Positions 17,006 through 27,191 of a stretch of 32,000 bases of DNA are shown here, piece after piece; within the stretch, counting starts at the first letter, position 1, and each line of letters begins with the position of its first letter. Made by a program: the position numbers and the translations under genes. The stretch is taken from the NCBI RefSeq assembly GCF_000009045.1, contig NC_000964.3, positions 1,470,001-1,502,000 on the forward strand, written 5' to 3'. The notes below the pieces were generated by a model. That model had not been told where the DNA came from, did no database searches, and saw only the letters and a program-made list of their open reading frames with translations. Source of the DNA: Bacillus subtilis subsp. subtilis str. 168. GTDB taxonomy: Bacteria > Bacillota > Bacilli > Bacillales > Bacillaceae.

Positions 17006-17020
17006 TGAAAATCATTATCA
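17006..17020 (+). promoter_or_regulatory. Fur box 2 upstream of ykuN
   Basis: TGAAAATCATTATCA, an identical 15-mer 37 bp downstream of box 1. Confidence 0.88.
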
Positions 17021-17037
17021 ACTAATGGGGTGATAAC

Positions 17038-17514
17038 ATGGCTAAAGCCTTGATTACATATGCCAGCATGTCAGGAAATACAGAAGACATTGCCTTCATA
17101 ATAAAAGATACGCTTCAGGAATATGAGTTGGATATCGATTGTGTCGAGATAAATGATATGGATGCGTCTTGTTTAACCTCCTATGATTATGTACTGATTG
17201 GCACCTATACATGGGGGGACGGCGATTTGCCCTACGAAGCGGAGGATTTTTTCGAAGAGGTCAAACAGATTCAGCTTAATGGTTTAAAAACAGCCTGCTT
17301 CGGGTCTGGCGATTATTCTTATCCAAAGTTTTGCGAAGCGGTGAATTTGTTCAATGTCATGCTGCAAGAGGCGGGAGCTGCTGTTTACCAGGAAACACTA
17401 AAAATTGAATTAGCGCCTGAAACAGATGAAGATGTGGAAAGCTGCCGAGCGTTTGCGAGAGGTTTTCTTGCATGGGCAGATTATATGAACAAGGAAAAAA
17501 TCCATGTTTCATAA
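17038..17514 (+). CDS. ykuN: Short-chain flavodoxin YkuN
   Basis: 158 aa; 'ALITYASMSGNTEDIA', 'GTYTWGDGDLPYEAEDF'. Confidence 0.93.
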   Translation: MAKALITYASMSGNTEDIAFIIKDTLQEYELDIDCVEINDMDASCLTSYDYVLIGTYTWGDGDLPYEAEDFFEEVKQIQLNGLKTACFGSGDYSYPKFCEAVNLFNVMLQEAGAAVYQETLKIELAPETDEDVESCRAFARGFLAWADYMNKEKIHVS

Positions 17515-18397
17515 AGGGGCAACCGCTGTTACGGCATCGGCGTTTTCTGGATATTTTGTGGCGGTACAAAGAGAAGGCATTTTTCATTACTCTTTGGAGC
17601 AGGGCTGGAGAAAGCTTTTTCGTTTGAAAAGTAAGATACACTGTATCAGCTACATAGGGCCTTACTTATTTGGCGTTGGTGAAAAGGGAACAGTCATTCG
17701 TTCGGCTGATGAAGGGAAAACCTGGACGATGTCGAGCTTTCCGACAAATGCAACAGTGTGGGCGATTACCGGCAGAAACAACGGGTTTGTCTGCGCCCAC
17801 GGTAAGCATTGTATTTATGTATCGGATGATTTTGGTGTCTCATGGCGCGTAGCCAAACCTTTTGCCGAATTTCATAATCCCCCTGTTATCCGGTCGTTAT
17901 GCCTTCACGGGGGCAATCTCTTTATCGGCACGCAAATACACGAATATTTTGGCGGCATTTGGGCTTACGACATTAAGCGTGACACTGTCCAAGTTGTCAA
18001 AAAAGAAAAAAACCGGATGACGGCATCCATGCTCGTGTTCAATGAAAATTGGCTGGTGGCGGCGATGGGTTCTGTGAAAGGAAAGCACGGTGCTGTCACT
18101 GTAAGGAATCTTTTGAATGGTGAAGAATTCACCATACAATCCAGTATGATCAGAAATGAAGAATCATTTCTTGATCTTTCAGAGGATGATGGCATTATAT
18201 ATGTCACTACAACACAAGATGAAAATGGTTTTTCGAGAATTTACCAGGTTGATCTCGAAGCCCGGTCGTTAAAATGGTTCGATACCATTAAGGGACATGG
18301 ATGGAGAGTGGCCAATCAGAAAGAGAATTTCTTTTGCGCAGGCTTGTATGAATGTAAATTTGTCCAGCCGTACGAAGTTTCAGCAATGATTCATTAG
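17504..18397 (+). CDS. ykuO: YkuO, protein with Asp-box (BNR-like) motifs, function unknown
   Basis: 297 aa; two Asp-box motifs 'SADEGKTW' and 'SDDFGVSW'; overlaps the ykuN stop by 11 nt. Confidence 0.88.
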   Translation: MFHKGATAVTASAFSGYFVAVQREGIFHYSLEQGWRKLFRLKSKIHCISYIGPYLFGVGEKGTVIRSADEGKTWTMSSFPTNATVWAITGRNNGFVCAHGKHCIYVSDDFGVSWRVAKPFAEFHNPPVIRSLCLHGGNLFIGTQIHEYFGGIWAYDIKRDTVQVVKKEKNRMTASMLVFNENWLVAAMGSVKGKHGAVTVRNLLNGEEFTIQSSMIRNEESFLDLSEDDGIIYVTTTQDENGFSRIYQVDLEARSLKWFDTIKGHGWRVANQKENFFCAGLYECKFVQPYEVSAMIH

Positions 18398-18412
18398 AGG
18401 AGGAACAAGGAA

Positions 18413-18868
18413 TTGGCGAAGATTTTGCTCGTTTATGCAACAATGTCAGGCAACACTGAAGCTATGGCAGATTTGATTGAAAAGGGGCTTCAGGAGGCGT
18501 TAGCAGAAGTAGACCGTTTCGAAGCAATGGATATTGATGATGCCCAGCTGTTTACCGATTATGACCATGTCATAATGGGAACCTACACGTGGGGAGACGG
18601 AGATCTGCCTGATGAATTTTTAGATCTTGTTGAAGACATGGAGGAGATTGATTTTTCCGGCAAAACATGCGCTGTATTCGGTTCCGGTGATACAGCATAT
18701 GAATTTTTCTGCGGAGCGGTTGATACGCTAGAGGCAAAAATAAAAGAACGCGGTGGAGACATTGTGCTGCCTTCGGTAAAAATCGAAAATAATCCAGAAG
18801 GTGAAGAAGAGGAAGAATTAATAAACTTCGGGAGACAATTCGCAAAGAAAAGCGGGTGCGCTGTCTGA
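18413..18868 (+). CDS. ykuP: Short-chain flavodoxin YkuP
   Basis: TTG start; 151 aa; 'ILLVYATMSGNTEAMA', 'GTYTWGDGDLPDEFLD'. Confidence 0.93.
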   Translation: MAKILLVYATMSGNTEAMADLIEKGLQEALAEVDRFEAMDIDDAQLFTDYDHVIMGTYTWGDGDLPDEFLDLVEDMEEIDFSGKTCAVFGSGDTAYEFFCGAVDTLEAKIKERGGDIVLPSVKIENNPEGEEEEELINFGRQFAKKSGCAV

Positions 18869-18972
18869 TCACTCACTGGGAACTGCTAAAACGGCTGTTC
18901 CTTTTTTTCTTGTCTTTGTATCTTTCCTTTGATACAGTAATGAGGTAGAAAATCAGGAGGAGGACTATACAT

Positions 18973-19683
18973 ATGAAAATGATGGACGCAAATGAAATTA
19001 TTTCATTTATTCAAAATAGTACAAAATCTACACCTGTAAAGGTTTACGTGAAAGGTGAGCTGGAAGGAATCAATTTCGGTGAATCTGCGAAAGCTTTTAT
19101 CAATGGAAACACTGGTGTCGTTTTCGGTGAATGGAGCGAAATCCAAACAGCAATCGAAGAAAACCAAAGCAAAATCGAAGACTATGTGGTTGAAAATGAC
19201 CGCCGCAATTCTGCGATCCCAATGCTTGATCTTAAAAACATCAAAGCGCGTATCGAGCCGGGTGCGATCATCCGCGACCAAGTTGAAATCGGTGATAACG
19301 CAGTCATCATGATGGGTGCTTCTATTAATATCGGTTCAGTCATCGGCGAAGGCACAATGATTGATATGAACGTTGTGCTTGGCGGACGAGCTACTGTTGG
19401 AAAAAACTGCCATATCGGCGCGGGTTCTGTACTTGCGGGCGTTATTGAGCCGCCATCCGCTAAACCGGTTGTGATTGAAGACGACGTCGTAATCGGCGCA
19501 AATGCTGTTGTGCTTGAAGGTGTAACAGTAGGTAAAGGAGCTGTTGTTGCTGCGGGAGCGATCGTGGTAAACGACGTTGAGCCATACACTGTCGTTGCAG
19601 GCACACCAGCTAAAAAAATCAAAGACATTGATGAAAAAACAAAAGGCAAAACTGAAATCAAGCAGGAATTACGCCAGCTGTAA
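18973..19683 (+). CDS. dapH: Tetrahydrodipicolinate N-acetyltransferase (left-handed beta-helix hexapeptide repeats)
   Basis: 236 aa; repeats '[30 protein letters not shown]'; next to dapI. Confidence 0.94.
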   Translation: MKMMDANEIISFIQNSTKSTPVKVYVKGELEGINFGESAKAFINGNTGVVFGEWSEIQTAIEENQSKIEDYVVENDRRNSAIPMLDLKNIKARIEPGAIIRDQVEIGDNAVIMMGASINIGSVIGEGTMIDMNVVLGGRATVGKNCHIGAGSVLAGVIEPPSAKPVVIEDDVVIGANAVVLEGVTVGKGAVVAAGAIVVNDVEPYTVVAGTPAKKIKDIDEKTKGKTEIKQELRQL

Positions 19684-19700
19684 GGAAAAGTTTGATAAAA

Positions 19701-19727
19701 AAGGCGTGGATAATATATCCACGCCTT
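19701..19727 (+). other. Intercistronic hairpin between dapH and dapI
   Basis: 12-bp perfect stem AAGGCGTGGATA-ata-TATCCACGCCTT followed by ATTCG, with no T-tract. Confidence 0.8.
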
Positions 19728-19752
19728 ATTCGTATAGGCAGGAGGAATAGAA

Positions 19753-20877
19753 ATGAAGATAGAGGAGCTCATCGCAATTCGCAGAGATCTGCATCGTATA
19801 CCGGAGCTTGGATTTCAGGAGTTCAAAACCCAGCAGTATTTATTAAATGTCTTGGAACAATATCCGCAAGACAGAATTGAAATTGAGAAATGGCGAACAG
19901 GGCTTTTTGTAAAAGTGAACGGGACGGCGCCGGAAAAAATGCTGGCATACAGAGCGGATATCGATGCGCTTTCTATAGAAGAGCAAACTGGTCTTCCATT
20001 CGCATCAGAGCATCACGGCAACATGCACGCCTGCGGTCACGATTTGCATATGACAATTGCACTCGGCATTATTGATCATTTTGTTCACCACCCAGTCAAA
20101 CATGATTTGCTTTTTCTGTTTCAGCCGGCAGAGGAAGGGCCTGGCGGTGCGGAACCAATGCTTGAGAGCGATGTATTAAAAAAATGGCAGCCTGATTTCA
20201 TCACTGCCCTTCATATTGCTCCAGAGCTTCCGGTAGGCACCATTGCGACAAAAAGCGGCCTTCTATTTGCGAATACATCAGAGCTAGTCATCGATCTGGA
20301 AGGCAAAGGGGGACATGCGGCATATCCGCATTTGGCTGAGGATATGGTTGTAGCAGCAAGTACACTTGTCACCCAGCTGCAAACGATTATCTCTAGAAAC
20401 ACAGATCCGCTAGACAGTGCTGTTATTACAGTTGGTACCATTACCGGAGGCTCGGCACAAAATATCATTGCAGAAACGGCCCACCTGGAAGGCACGATCC
20501 GCACGCTTTCTGAAGAATCGATGAAACAAGTAAAGGAACGGATTGAAGATGTAGTGAAAGGAATCGAAATCGGATTCCGCTGCAAAGGAAAAGTGACATA
20601 TCCGTCTGTATATCACCAAGTTTACAATACGAGCGGATTAACAGAAGAATTTATGTCTTTTGTTGCTGAACATCAACTGGCGACAGTAATTGAAGCAAAA
20701 GAAGCAATGACTGGAGAGGATTTTGGCTATATGCTGAAAAAATATCCCGGATTCATGTTCTGGCTCGGCGCTGATTCTGAACATGGGCTTCATCATGCTA
20801 AGCTGAATCCCGATGAAAATGCGATAGAAACAGCGGTTCATGTCATGACAGGTTATTTTTCTGTTTATGCCAATTAA
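19753..20877 (+). CDS. dapI: N-acetyl-diaminopimelate deacetylase (M20 family)
   Basis: 374 aa; '[10 protein letters not shown]', '[14 protein letters not shown]', '[14 protein letters not shown]'. Confidence 0.93.
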
Positions 20878-20938
20878 GTACAAATGAAAGAATAAAATTC
20901 CATAAAATGAGCACTCTAGTAAACGGAGGTGTTCAAAA

Positions 20939-21184
20939 ATGGCTAAAAAAATTGGAATTGAACAATCGTTATCAGATGTAGAAGCTGCTTTAAAAGAAAA
21001 AGGATATGACGTTGTAATGATGAAAAGCCCTGCTGATGCTCAAGGCTGTGACTGCTGTGTCGTAACAGGTCTTGATAATAATGTGCAAGGGATAGCCGAT
21101 ACGGTAACACAAGCACCTGTCATTACAGCTTCCGGGATGACGGCTGAAGAAATTTGTAGCGAAGTTGAGAGCAGAATTCAGTAA
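20939..21184 (+). CDS. ykuS: UPF0180-type small protein YkuS
   Basis: 81 aa; SD GGAGGTG; 'GCDCCVVTGLDNN'. Confidence 0.85.
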   Translation: MAKKIGIEQSLSDVEAALKEKGYDVVMMKSPADAQGCDCCVVTGLDNNVQGIADTVTQAPVITASGMTAEEICSEVESRIQ

Positions 21185-21186
21185 TA

Positions 21187-21215
21187 AAAAAACCGAAGCA
21201 AAAAGCTTCGGTTCT
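21187..21215. terminator. Terminator between convergent ykuS and ykuT
   Basis: ACCGAAGC-aaaaa-GCTTCGGT flanked by A and T runs. Confidence 0.88.
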
Positions 21216-21220
21216 TTTAT

Positions 21221-22024
21221 TTATTCTGTTTCTTTAGGGAAAGCGCGGTCGAACGCGTTCTTTATTTCTTTTCTCAACACTCGTTCGACTCGCCACTGTT
21301 CCATATTTTCTGTTTTGGCAATGACCCTGATTACAATTTCAGAAGTCCCCAGTTCTTGAATCCCGATGACATTTGGGCCTTCTTTTATTTGTGGAAGAGC
21401 CGCTGCCGTTTCATCACAAACCTGCTGTAAAATATGAATCATTTCATCAATATTTCTTTCAGCCGGCACTTTAATGTCAACAAGAGCCTGCATGGTACCA
21501 CGAGAATGATTGCTCACGTTTGTGATGTTTCTGTTGGGGATGTAATGCAGTGTTCCGTCAAAGCTGCGGATTTGAGTTGTCCTTAAGCCAACCTGCTCGA
21601 CAATTCCGTCAAAGGTGGAAACGGTAATATAATCTCCGACATCCAATTGTTTCTCAAGCAAAATAAAAAAACCTGTCACGATATCACTGACAAGCCCTTG
21701 GGCGCCAAATCCGACAGCCAGGCCGACGATTCCTGCCCCCGCTAAAAGAGCGCTTGGATCATAATGAAACAAATCTAGAACCATGACGAAAAATATGAAA
21801 ATCAATGTATAAGCAAATATGTTAAGAGTCAGGCTTCGGAGCGTATGTGCACGTCCGATAGACAAGCTATTCTGCTCCTCGAATTTTGCAAACAGATGTT
21901 TAATGATTTTCATGCCTAATGATCGAACGATAAAATAGAGCAATATCATAATGGCGAGTTTAATGAGCAGAACACCGGCATTTGTAATCAGTCCCGCCCA
22001 ATCATATTGTTTAATAAAGTCCAT
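21221..22024 (-). CDS. ykuT: MscS-family small-conductance mechanosensitive channel YkuT
   Basis: 267 aa from the ATG at 22024 (SD AAAAGGAG); '[37 protein letters not shown]'. Confidence 0.9.
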
Positions 22025-22260
22025 GTTGAGCTCCTTTTCTAATTGATTGCTGCACATTGAGACTAGTTACCCTGTACATGACCATGTTAAACGTTTTATT
22101 CAAAAATGTCGAAGCCAAAGACATACATGATTTGTTAAAAATTGACTCAGGAAATCTGCTTTTATATAATGGCATTGCAATATAACTAAAAATGGTTAAT
22201 CACCCTTTATTTTCATGCGATTTTGACCTTTAAGCCAAACAATAAATTGGAGGGATACAT

Positions 22261-22803
22261 ATGGCAGAACGTATGGTAGGTAAACAAGCTCCTCGTTTTG
22301 AAATGGAAGCAGTCCTTGCAAGCAAAGAATTCGGCAAAGTAAGTCTTGAGGAAAACATGAAAAACGACAAATGGACAGTGCTGTTCTTCTATCCAATGGA
22401 CTTCACTTTTGTTTGTCCGACAGAAATTACAGCAATGTCTGACCGCTATGACGAGTTCGAAGATCTTGATGCAGAAGTCATCGGGGTTTCAACTGATACC
22501 ATCCATACTCATTTAGCTTGGATCAATACAGACCGCAAAGAAAACGGTCTTGGCCAGCTGAAATACCCGCTTGCTGCTGATACAAACCATGAGGTATCCC
22601 GGGAATATGGCGTTTTAATCGAAGAAGAAGGTGTGGCTTTGCGCGGATTGTTTATTATTAATCCTGAAGGGGAGCTTCAATATCAAACTGTTTTCCATAA
22701 CAACATTGGGCGTGATGTTGATGAAACGCTTCGTGTTCTCCAGGCGCTGCAAACTGGCGGACTCTGTCCGGCTAACTGGAAACCAGGCCAAAAAACACTT
22801 TAA
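22261..22803 (+). CDS. ykuU: 2-Cys peroxiredoxin YkuU
   Basis: 180 aa; peroxidatic 'FYPMDFTFVCPTE' and resolving 'GGLCPANW'. Confidence 0.93.
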   Translation: MAERMVGKQAPRFEMEAVLASKEFGKVSLEENMKNDKWTVLFFYPMDFTFVCPTEITAMSDRYDEFEDLDAEVIGVSTDTIHTHLAWINTDRKENGLGQLKYPLAADTNHEVSREYGVLIEEEGVALRGLFIINPEGELQYQTVFHNNIGRDVDETLRVLQALQTGGLCPANWKPGQKTL

Positions 22804-22874
22804 TTCTTTCCAAGAACGAAAAGCGGTCTAGCATATTCGTTAGGCCTCTCTTTTAAAATAGGAGGGAAAAAGCA

Positions 22875-23321
22875 ATGAAATTACGTCAGCCCATGCCGGA
22901 ATTGACGGGAGAAAAAGCTTGGTTAAATGGTGAAGTGACGAGAGAGCAATTGATTGGGGAAAAGCCGACGCTTATTCATTTCTGGTCCATCAGCTGCCAC
23001 TTGTGCAAAGAAGCGATGCCGCAAGTGAATGAATTTCGTGATAAATATCAAGATCAGCTGAATGTTGTAGCTGTACACATGCCCCGTTCCGAAGATGATC
23101 TTGACCCTGGTAAAATTAAAGAAACAGCTGCTGAACACGATATCACTCAGCCGATTTTTGTTGACAGTGACCATGCTTTAACCGATGCATTTGAAAATGA
23201 ATATGTACCTGCATATTATGTGTTTGATAAAACAGGACAGCTCCGTCACTTCCAAGCCGGCGGGAGCGGTATGAAAATGCTTGAAAAACGTGTGAACCGC
23301 GTTCTGGCTGAAACGGAATAG
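22875..23321 (+). CDS. ykuV: Thiol-disulfide oxidoreductase YkuV
   Basis: 148 aa; thioredoxin-fold CxxC 'HFWSISCHLCKEAMPQ'. Confidence 0.93.
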   Translation: MKLRQPMPELTGEKAWLNGEVTREQLIGEKPTLIHFWSISCHLCKEAMPQVNEFRDKYQDQLNVVAVHMPRSEDDLDPGKIKETAAEHDITQPIFVDSDHALTDAFENEYVPAYYVFDKTGQLRHFQAGGSGMKMLEKRVNRVLAETE

Positions 23322-23345
23322 GTATCTGACTAAATAGTATTTCCT

Positions 23346-23371
23346 AAAAACCTGACCTCATCAGGTTTTTT
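23346..23371 (+). terminator. Intrinsic terminator of ykuV
   Basis: AAAAACCTGA-cctca-TCAGGTTTTTT. Confidence 0.85.
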
Positions 23372-23786
23372 ATTTGTGCAAAAAGCAATGGAAGAAGAGT
23401 AAGAAGCTTATTTTTCCAAATTTGGGTATAGGAATTGATGATTTGTTTGATTGATACGCTAAAAAACACAGCTAATTTTTGATGTTTTTCCTCAATTTTA
23501 GATAAATCTCATATCTCATAACTCGAAAATTGTAGATATTACACTAAATTTCTTTAAAGAAGTAAGTAAAATATATATTTTCAACATTATACCAAATAAA
23601 CTAGAAAGCCCCTTAATCCCTTGAGAATAAAGGACTCTTTTGAAAAATAAAACATTTTCAGAAAATAAGGAATTTTTCATAGAGTAAATATAATAGTAAA
23701 ATGCTAAAATAATAGTTGATAAAATTACTTTTGTAATCTAATATCTTAATTAAAGATGTTAATTTTGATAGGGGGTACATTGAGGA

Positions 23787-24362
23787 ATGTTTAATGAAAG
23801 AGAAGCTTTGCGCTTGCGGTTAGAACAATTAAATGAAGCTGAAGTGAAAGTCATTCGTGAATATCAAATTGAACGTGATAAAATATACGCAAAATTAAGA
23901 GAGCTGGACAGAAATGGAAGCCCTTCCGAAATCAAAAAGGATTTCCGTTCTGAAAAAAAACCTGACTCTCTGCCGGTTCTCGCTGAGCTTGCGGCTCAGG
24001 AAATCAGAAGCTATCAGCCGCAATCACAGCAGCAGTCTGTTCAGCCTCAGCTTCAATCTATTTCCTCTCTTCCTGCCGGTATACCAGACGGAACAACACG
24101 AAGAAGAAGAGGAACGGCAAGACCGGGATCAAAAGCAGCTAAGCTGCGTGAAGCTGCTATTAAAACATTAAAACGCCACAACGCGGCGATTAAGAGCTCG
24201 GAGCTTCAAAAAGAGATTGAAAAAGAAAGCGGTCTTGAAATCCCTAATATGACAACGTTTATGCAAAGCTTAATTAAAATGTACCCGGAAGTGAAAAAGC
24301 CATATCGCGGGCAGTACATTTTAGAGGGTGAAATCGAATCTGCAGAATCAGCAAACGAATAA
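23787..24362 (+). CDS. rok: Rok, AT-rich DNA-binding repressor
   Basis: 191 aa; N-terminal coiled-coil 'MFNEREALRLRLEQLNEAEVKVIREYQIERDKIYAKLRELDRNG', C-terminal DNA-binding domain. Confidence 0.93.
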   Translation: MFNEREALRLRLEQLNEAEVKVIREYQIERDKIYAKLRELDRNGSPSEIKKDFRSEKKPDSLPVLAELAAQEIRSYQPQSQQQSVQPQLQSISSLPAGIPDGTTRRRRGTARPGSKAAKLREAAIKTLKRHNAAIKSSELQKEIEKESGLEIPNMTTFMQSLIKMYPEVKKPYRGQYILEGEIESAESANE

Positions 24363-24370
24363 ATATAAAG

Positions 24371-24406
24371 AAAAACTGCTTGGCATCGCTCAAGCAGTTT
24401 TTTTAT
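24371..24406. terminator. Bidirectional terminator between rok and yknT
   Basis: 12-bp perfect stem AAAAACTGCTTG / CAAGCAGTTTTT plus TT; abuts the yknT stop codon. Confidence 0.9.
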
Positions 24407-25386
24407 TGAGGTTTTTTCTGTGAAGGTTTGTTTTCTTTTTCAAGATTAAGCTTATACACCCACTTTTGATAAGGCTTTTCTTCAGCGGCTCTGTTTTTCA
24501 GCTCTTCGATTGTATGGCTCTTGGCCTGGTCTGATGATTGGGCGTGGGCAAGCTGTTTTTGAAGCACATGTATCTGTTTGGTGACATCTTCAAGGATAGT
24601 CTCTACATGATTTGGCTGCGCGTAGGCCGCTGGAGCTTCTTCTTCCGTTTTTTCTTTTTGTTTCGTGCCGCCATCAATATCGGCAAAATGAGAAGCAATC
24701 CAGGCATCGCTTTCATCAAGTTGCCGTTTATACGATATAATAGTTTCGTGAAATAATTTTTCTTTCGTTTTTTCTATGTCTAGCAGTCTTTCTTTCGTTT
24801 CTATGATTCGATCTTTCATATGATCAACTTCTATTTTAATATGTTTTAGCTGATATTCTTTTTCTACCATTTGCTCTTTTAGACGCCCGTTTTCGGCTTT
24901 TATCAATTCGGCTTGCTGTTTTGCCTGAAGCAGTGCATTTTGTTCCTGCTCAATTGAGGCTTGAAGTTCGCTGATCCGTTTATGAAGATTTTTATTTTCT
25001 TCTTCGATTTTGACTTTCGCAATATGAAGTTTATGTTTTTCTTCGATTTCGGCTCTGCGTTTATAGGTTTCAGCAGATAGAAGCTCCTGCAAAACAACGA
25101 TTTTATCAAGCAGTTCAGCTCTTATTTGGTGCAGGGTTTGGCTGGTGTGGGAGGCATGTTTTTCTTTTGTTGACATATGTGTTAATTCGGCAGACAGCTG
25201 CTGGAGTTTTTCTTTCATATCGGTATTTTCTTTGAGCAGTTTGTTATTTTTCTGATGAAAGTAGCTTGCTTCAAGTTCAGAAATCAGCTTATGGCACCTT
25301 GAAAGCTCGGATTTTAAATAAAGGTTCTCCTGAGACACGTCGTGGAAAAAAGGACCTGATCTTTTCATTCGAACCATCTCCCTCAT
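24403..25386 (-). CDS. yknT: Coiled-coil protein YknT (Cse15), sporulation SigE regulon
   Basis: 327 aa with extended heptad/charged content; synteny. Confidence 0.85.
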   Translation of the reverse strand: MREMVRMKRSGPFFHDVSQENLYLKSELSRCHKLISELEASYFHQKNNKLLKENTDMKEKLQQLSAELTHMSTKEKHASHTSQTLHQIRAELLDKIVVLQELLSAETYKRRAEIEEKHKLHIAKVKIEEENKNLHKRISELQASIEQEQNALLQAKQQAELIKAENGRLKEQMVEKEYQLKHIKIEVDHMKDRIIETKERLLDIEKTKEKLFHETIISYKRQLDESDAWIASHFADIDGGTKQKEKTEEEAPAAYAQPNHVETILEDVTKQIHVLQKQLAHAQSSDQAKSHTIEELKNRAAEEKPYQKWVYKLNLEKENKPSQKKPQ

Positions 25387-25504
25387 GATGTTAACACTAC
25401 AATATGCAAATACTGAACAGCTATTCCTCTTTAATAAACAGACAAGCAGTAGCGTTGAGCCTTTGCTTTTGCTATGCTTTTAACGAAACTAGAGGTGAGA
25501 TGAT

Positions 25505-26104
25505 ATGAAGCATGTAAACGTACTGCTGGCAGGGGGAGCCTCACGTCGCTTTGGAGAACCGAAGGCGTTTGTCAAATGGAAGGGCAGGATGCTTTACGAA
25601 TGCGCTAAAGAGGCACTTGGAGAACAAACGGTTATCATCAGCCGTCCCGAATTTATTGATAGATTTCAAGAAAACGGTGAAAATGAAGTGTATCAAGATG
25701 CTGAGCCATTTCAAGGCATGGGGCCATTGGCTGGTATATATACCGCTTTTAAAAAGACAGACGGTGATCTTTATACTGTTCTTTCCTGTGACACACCGCT
25801 GATACAAAGAAGGACGATGCTGGAGCTCAAACGTCTGATGATTGCCGGTGCGGACGCGGTAGTCCCAATTTCAGACGGACAAGTGCAGCCATTGATTGCG
25901 ATTTACCACAAACGTATCATGCCAGTTCTATACGATCAGCTTTCTGAGAAGAGGTTGAGAATATCAGATTTATTAGGCAGAATTTCGGTTTGTTACGTAC
26001 AGGCTGAAAATATCGGAGCAAACCCGGCAGAGTTTATCAACATTAATACACGTGATGATTTTAGCTGTTTGGAAGAAAAATCGAACTCCCTCAAGCGGGA
26101 CTGA
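25505..26104 (+). CDS. mobA: Molybdenum cofactor guanylyltransferase
   Basis: 199 aa; 'VLLAGGASRRFGEPKAFVKW', 'VLSCDTPLI'. Confidence 0.92.
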   Translation: MKHVNVLLAGGASRRFGEPKAFVKWKGRMLYECAKEALGEQTVIISRPEFIDRFQENGENEVYQDAEPFQGMGPLAGIYTAFKKTDGDLYTVLSCDTPLIQRRTMLELKRLMIAGADAVVPISDGQVQPLIAIYHKRIMPVLYDQLSEKRLRISDLLGRISVCYVQAENIGANPAEFININTRDDFSCLEEKSNSLKRD

Positions 26105-26151
26105 CGGGGCAATAACATGATAAGATGACATAAAAGATAAGGAGAACAGGT

Positions 26152-27174
26152 TTGATGGAGGAACGTTATTCACGGCAAATCAGATTTAAGCAAATTGGGG
26201 AAGAGGGCCAGAAAAGACTGGCAGACAGCCATGTGCTGATTGTCGGAGCGGGAGCGCTCGGCACTGCAGGAGCTGAAGGGCTTTCGAGAGCGGGAGTCGG
26301 TACGATTACCATTATTGACCGTGACTATGTGGAGTGGAGCAATCTTCAAAGGCAGCAGCTTTATACAGAAAGCGATGCCAAACTCCGCATGCCGAAAGCC
26401 ATGGCTGCCAAAGAGCATCTATCAGCGATTAACAGCGAGATACATATTGAGGCGTATGTTACCGAAGGAACAGCCGAAACGCTTGAGCCGCTGATTGAAA
26501 AAGCAGATGTCGTGATCGACGCGACAGATAATTTTGAAACCCGCATGCTGATAAACGATCTTGCCCAGAAAACAAAGACACCTTGGGTCTATGGCGCCTG
26601 TGTAAGCAGCCAGGGAATGTTCATGACTGTCATTCCCGGAGAAACCCCTTGTCTGTCTTGTTTGTTTGAGCAAATTCCTGTCGGCGGGGCGACGTGTGAT
26701 ACTGCCGGCATTATTCCGCCTGCTGTGCATATCGTTTCAGCATATCAGCAGGCTGAGGCATTAAAGCTGTTAACCGGCCAAAAAGAAGCAATACAGCGGG
26801 GGTTTGTGACATTTGATGTCTGGAACAATTCGCATATGAAGATTAACGTTAATCATGTACGCCGTGAGGAATGCCCATCTTGCGGAGCTAATGCGGTATA
26901 TCCTTATCTTCAGGATTGGAACACACCAAAAGCTGCTGTACTATGCGGCCGTGATACAGTGCAGGTAAGGTCAGAATCATTAAAAAGAATCCCGAAACAG
27001 GAGCTCATTAAGCGGCTGAAAACAATCGGCAAGGTCGAGGCTAATGCGTTTTTGCTGCATATTTTTTACGAGGATTTCAGAATTGTCATTTTCAATGACG
27101 GACGGGCACTGGTGCATGGAACAAATGATGTGAAAGAAGCCAACTCCGTGTTGGCAAGAGTGATTGGACTGTAA
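26152..27174 (+). CDS. moeB: MoeB/ThiF-family adenylyltransferase (TTG 26152 or ATG 26155 start)
   Basis: '[67 protein letters not shown]'. Confidence 0.92.
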
Positions 27175-27191
27175 CAACAGGAGGGGTCAGA

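Noticed and set aside
16969-17020. Tandem repeat array or mobile-element direct repeats
   Set aside because: The repeated 15-mer is an excellent Fur box match in front of a known Fur-type operon, which explains it fully.
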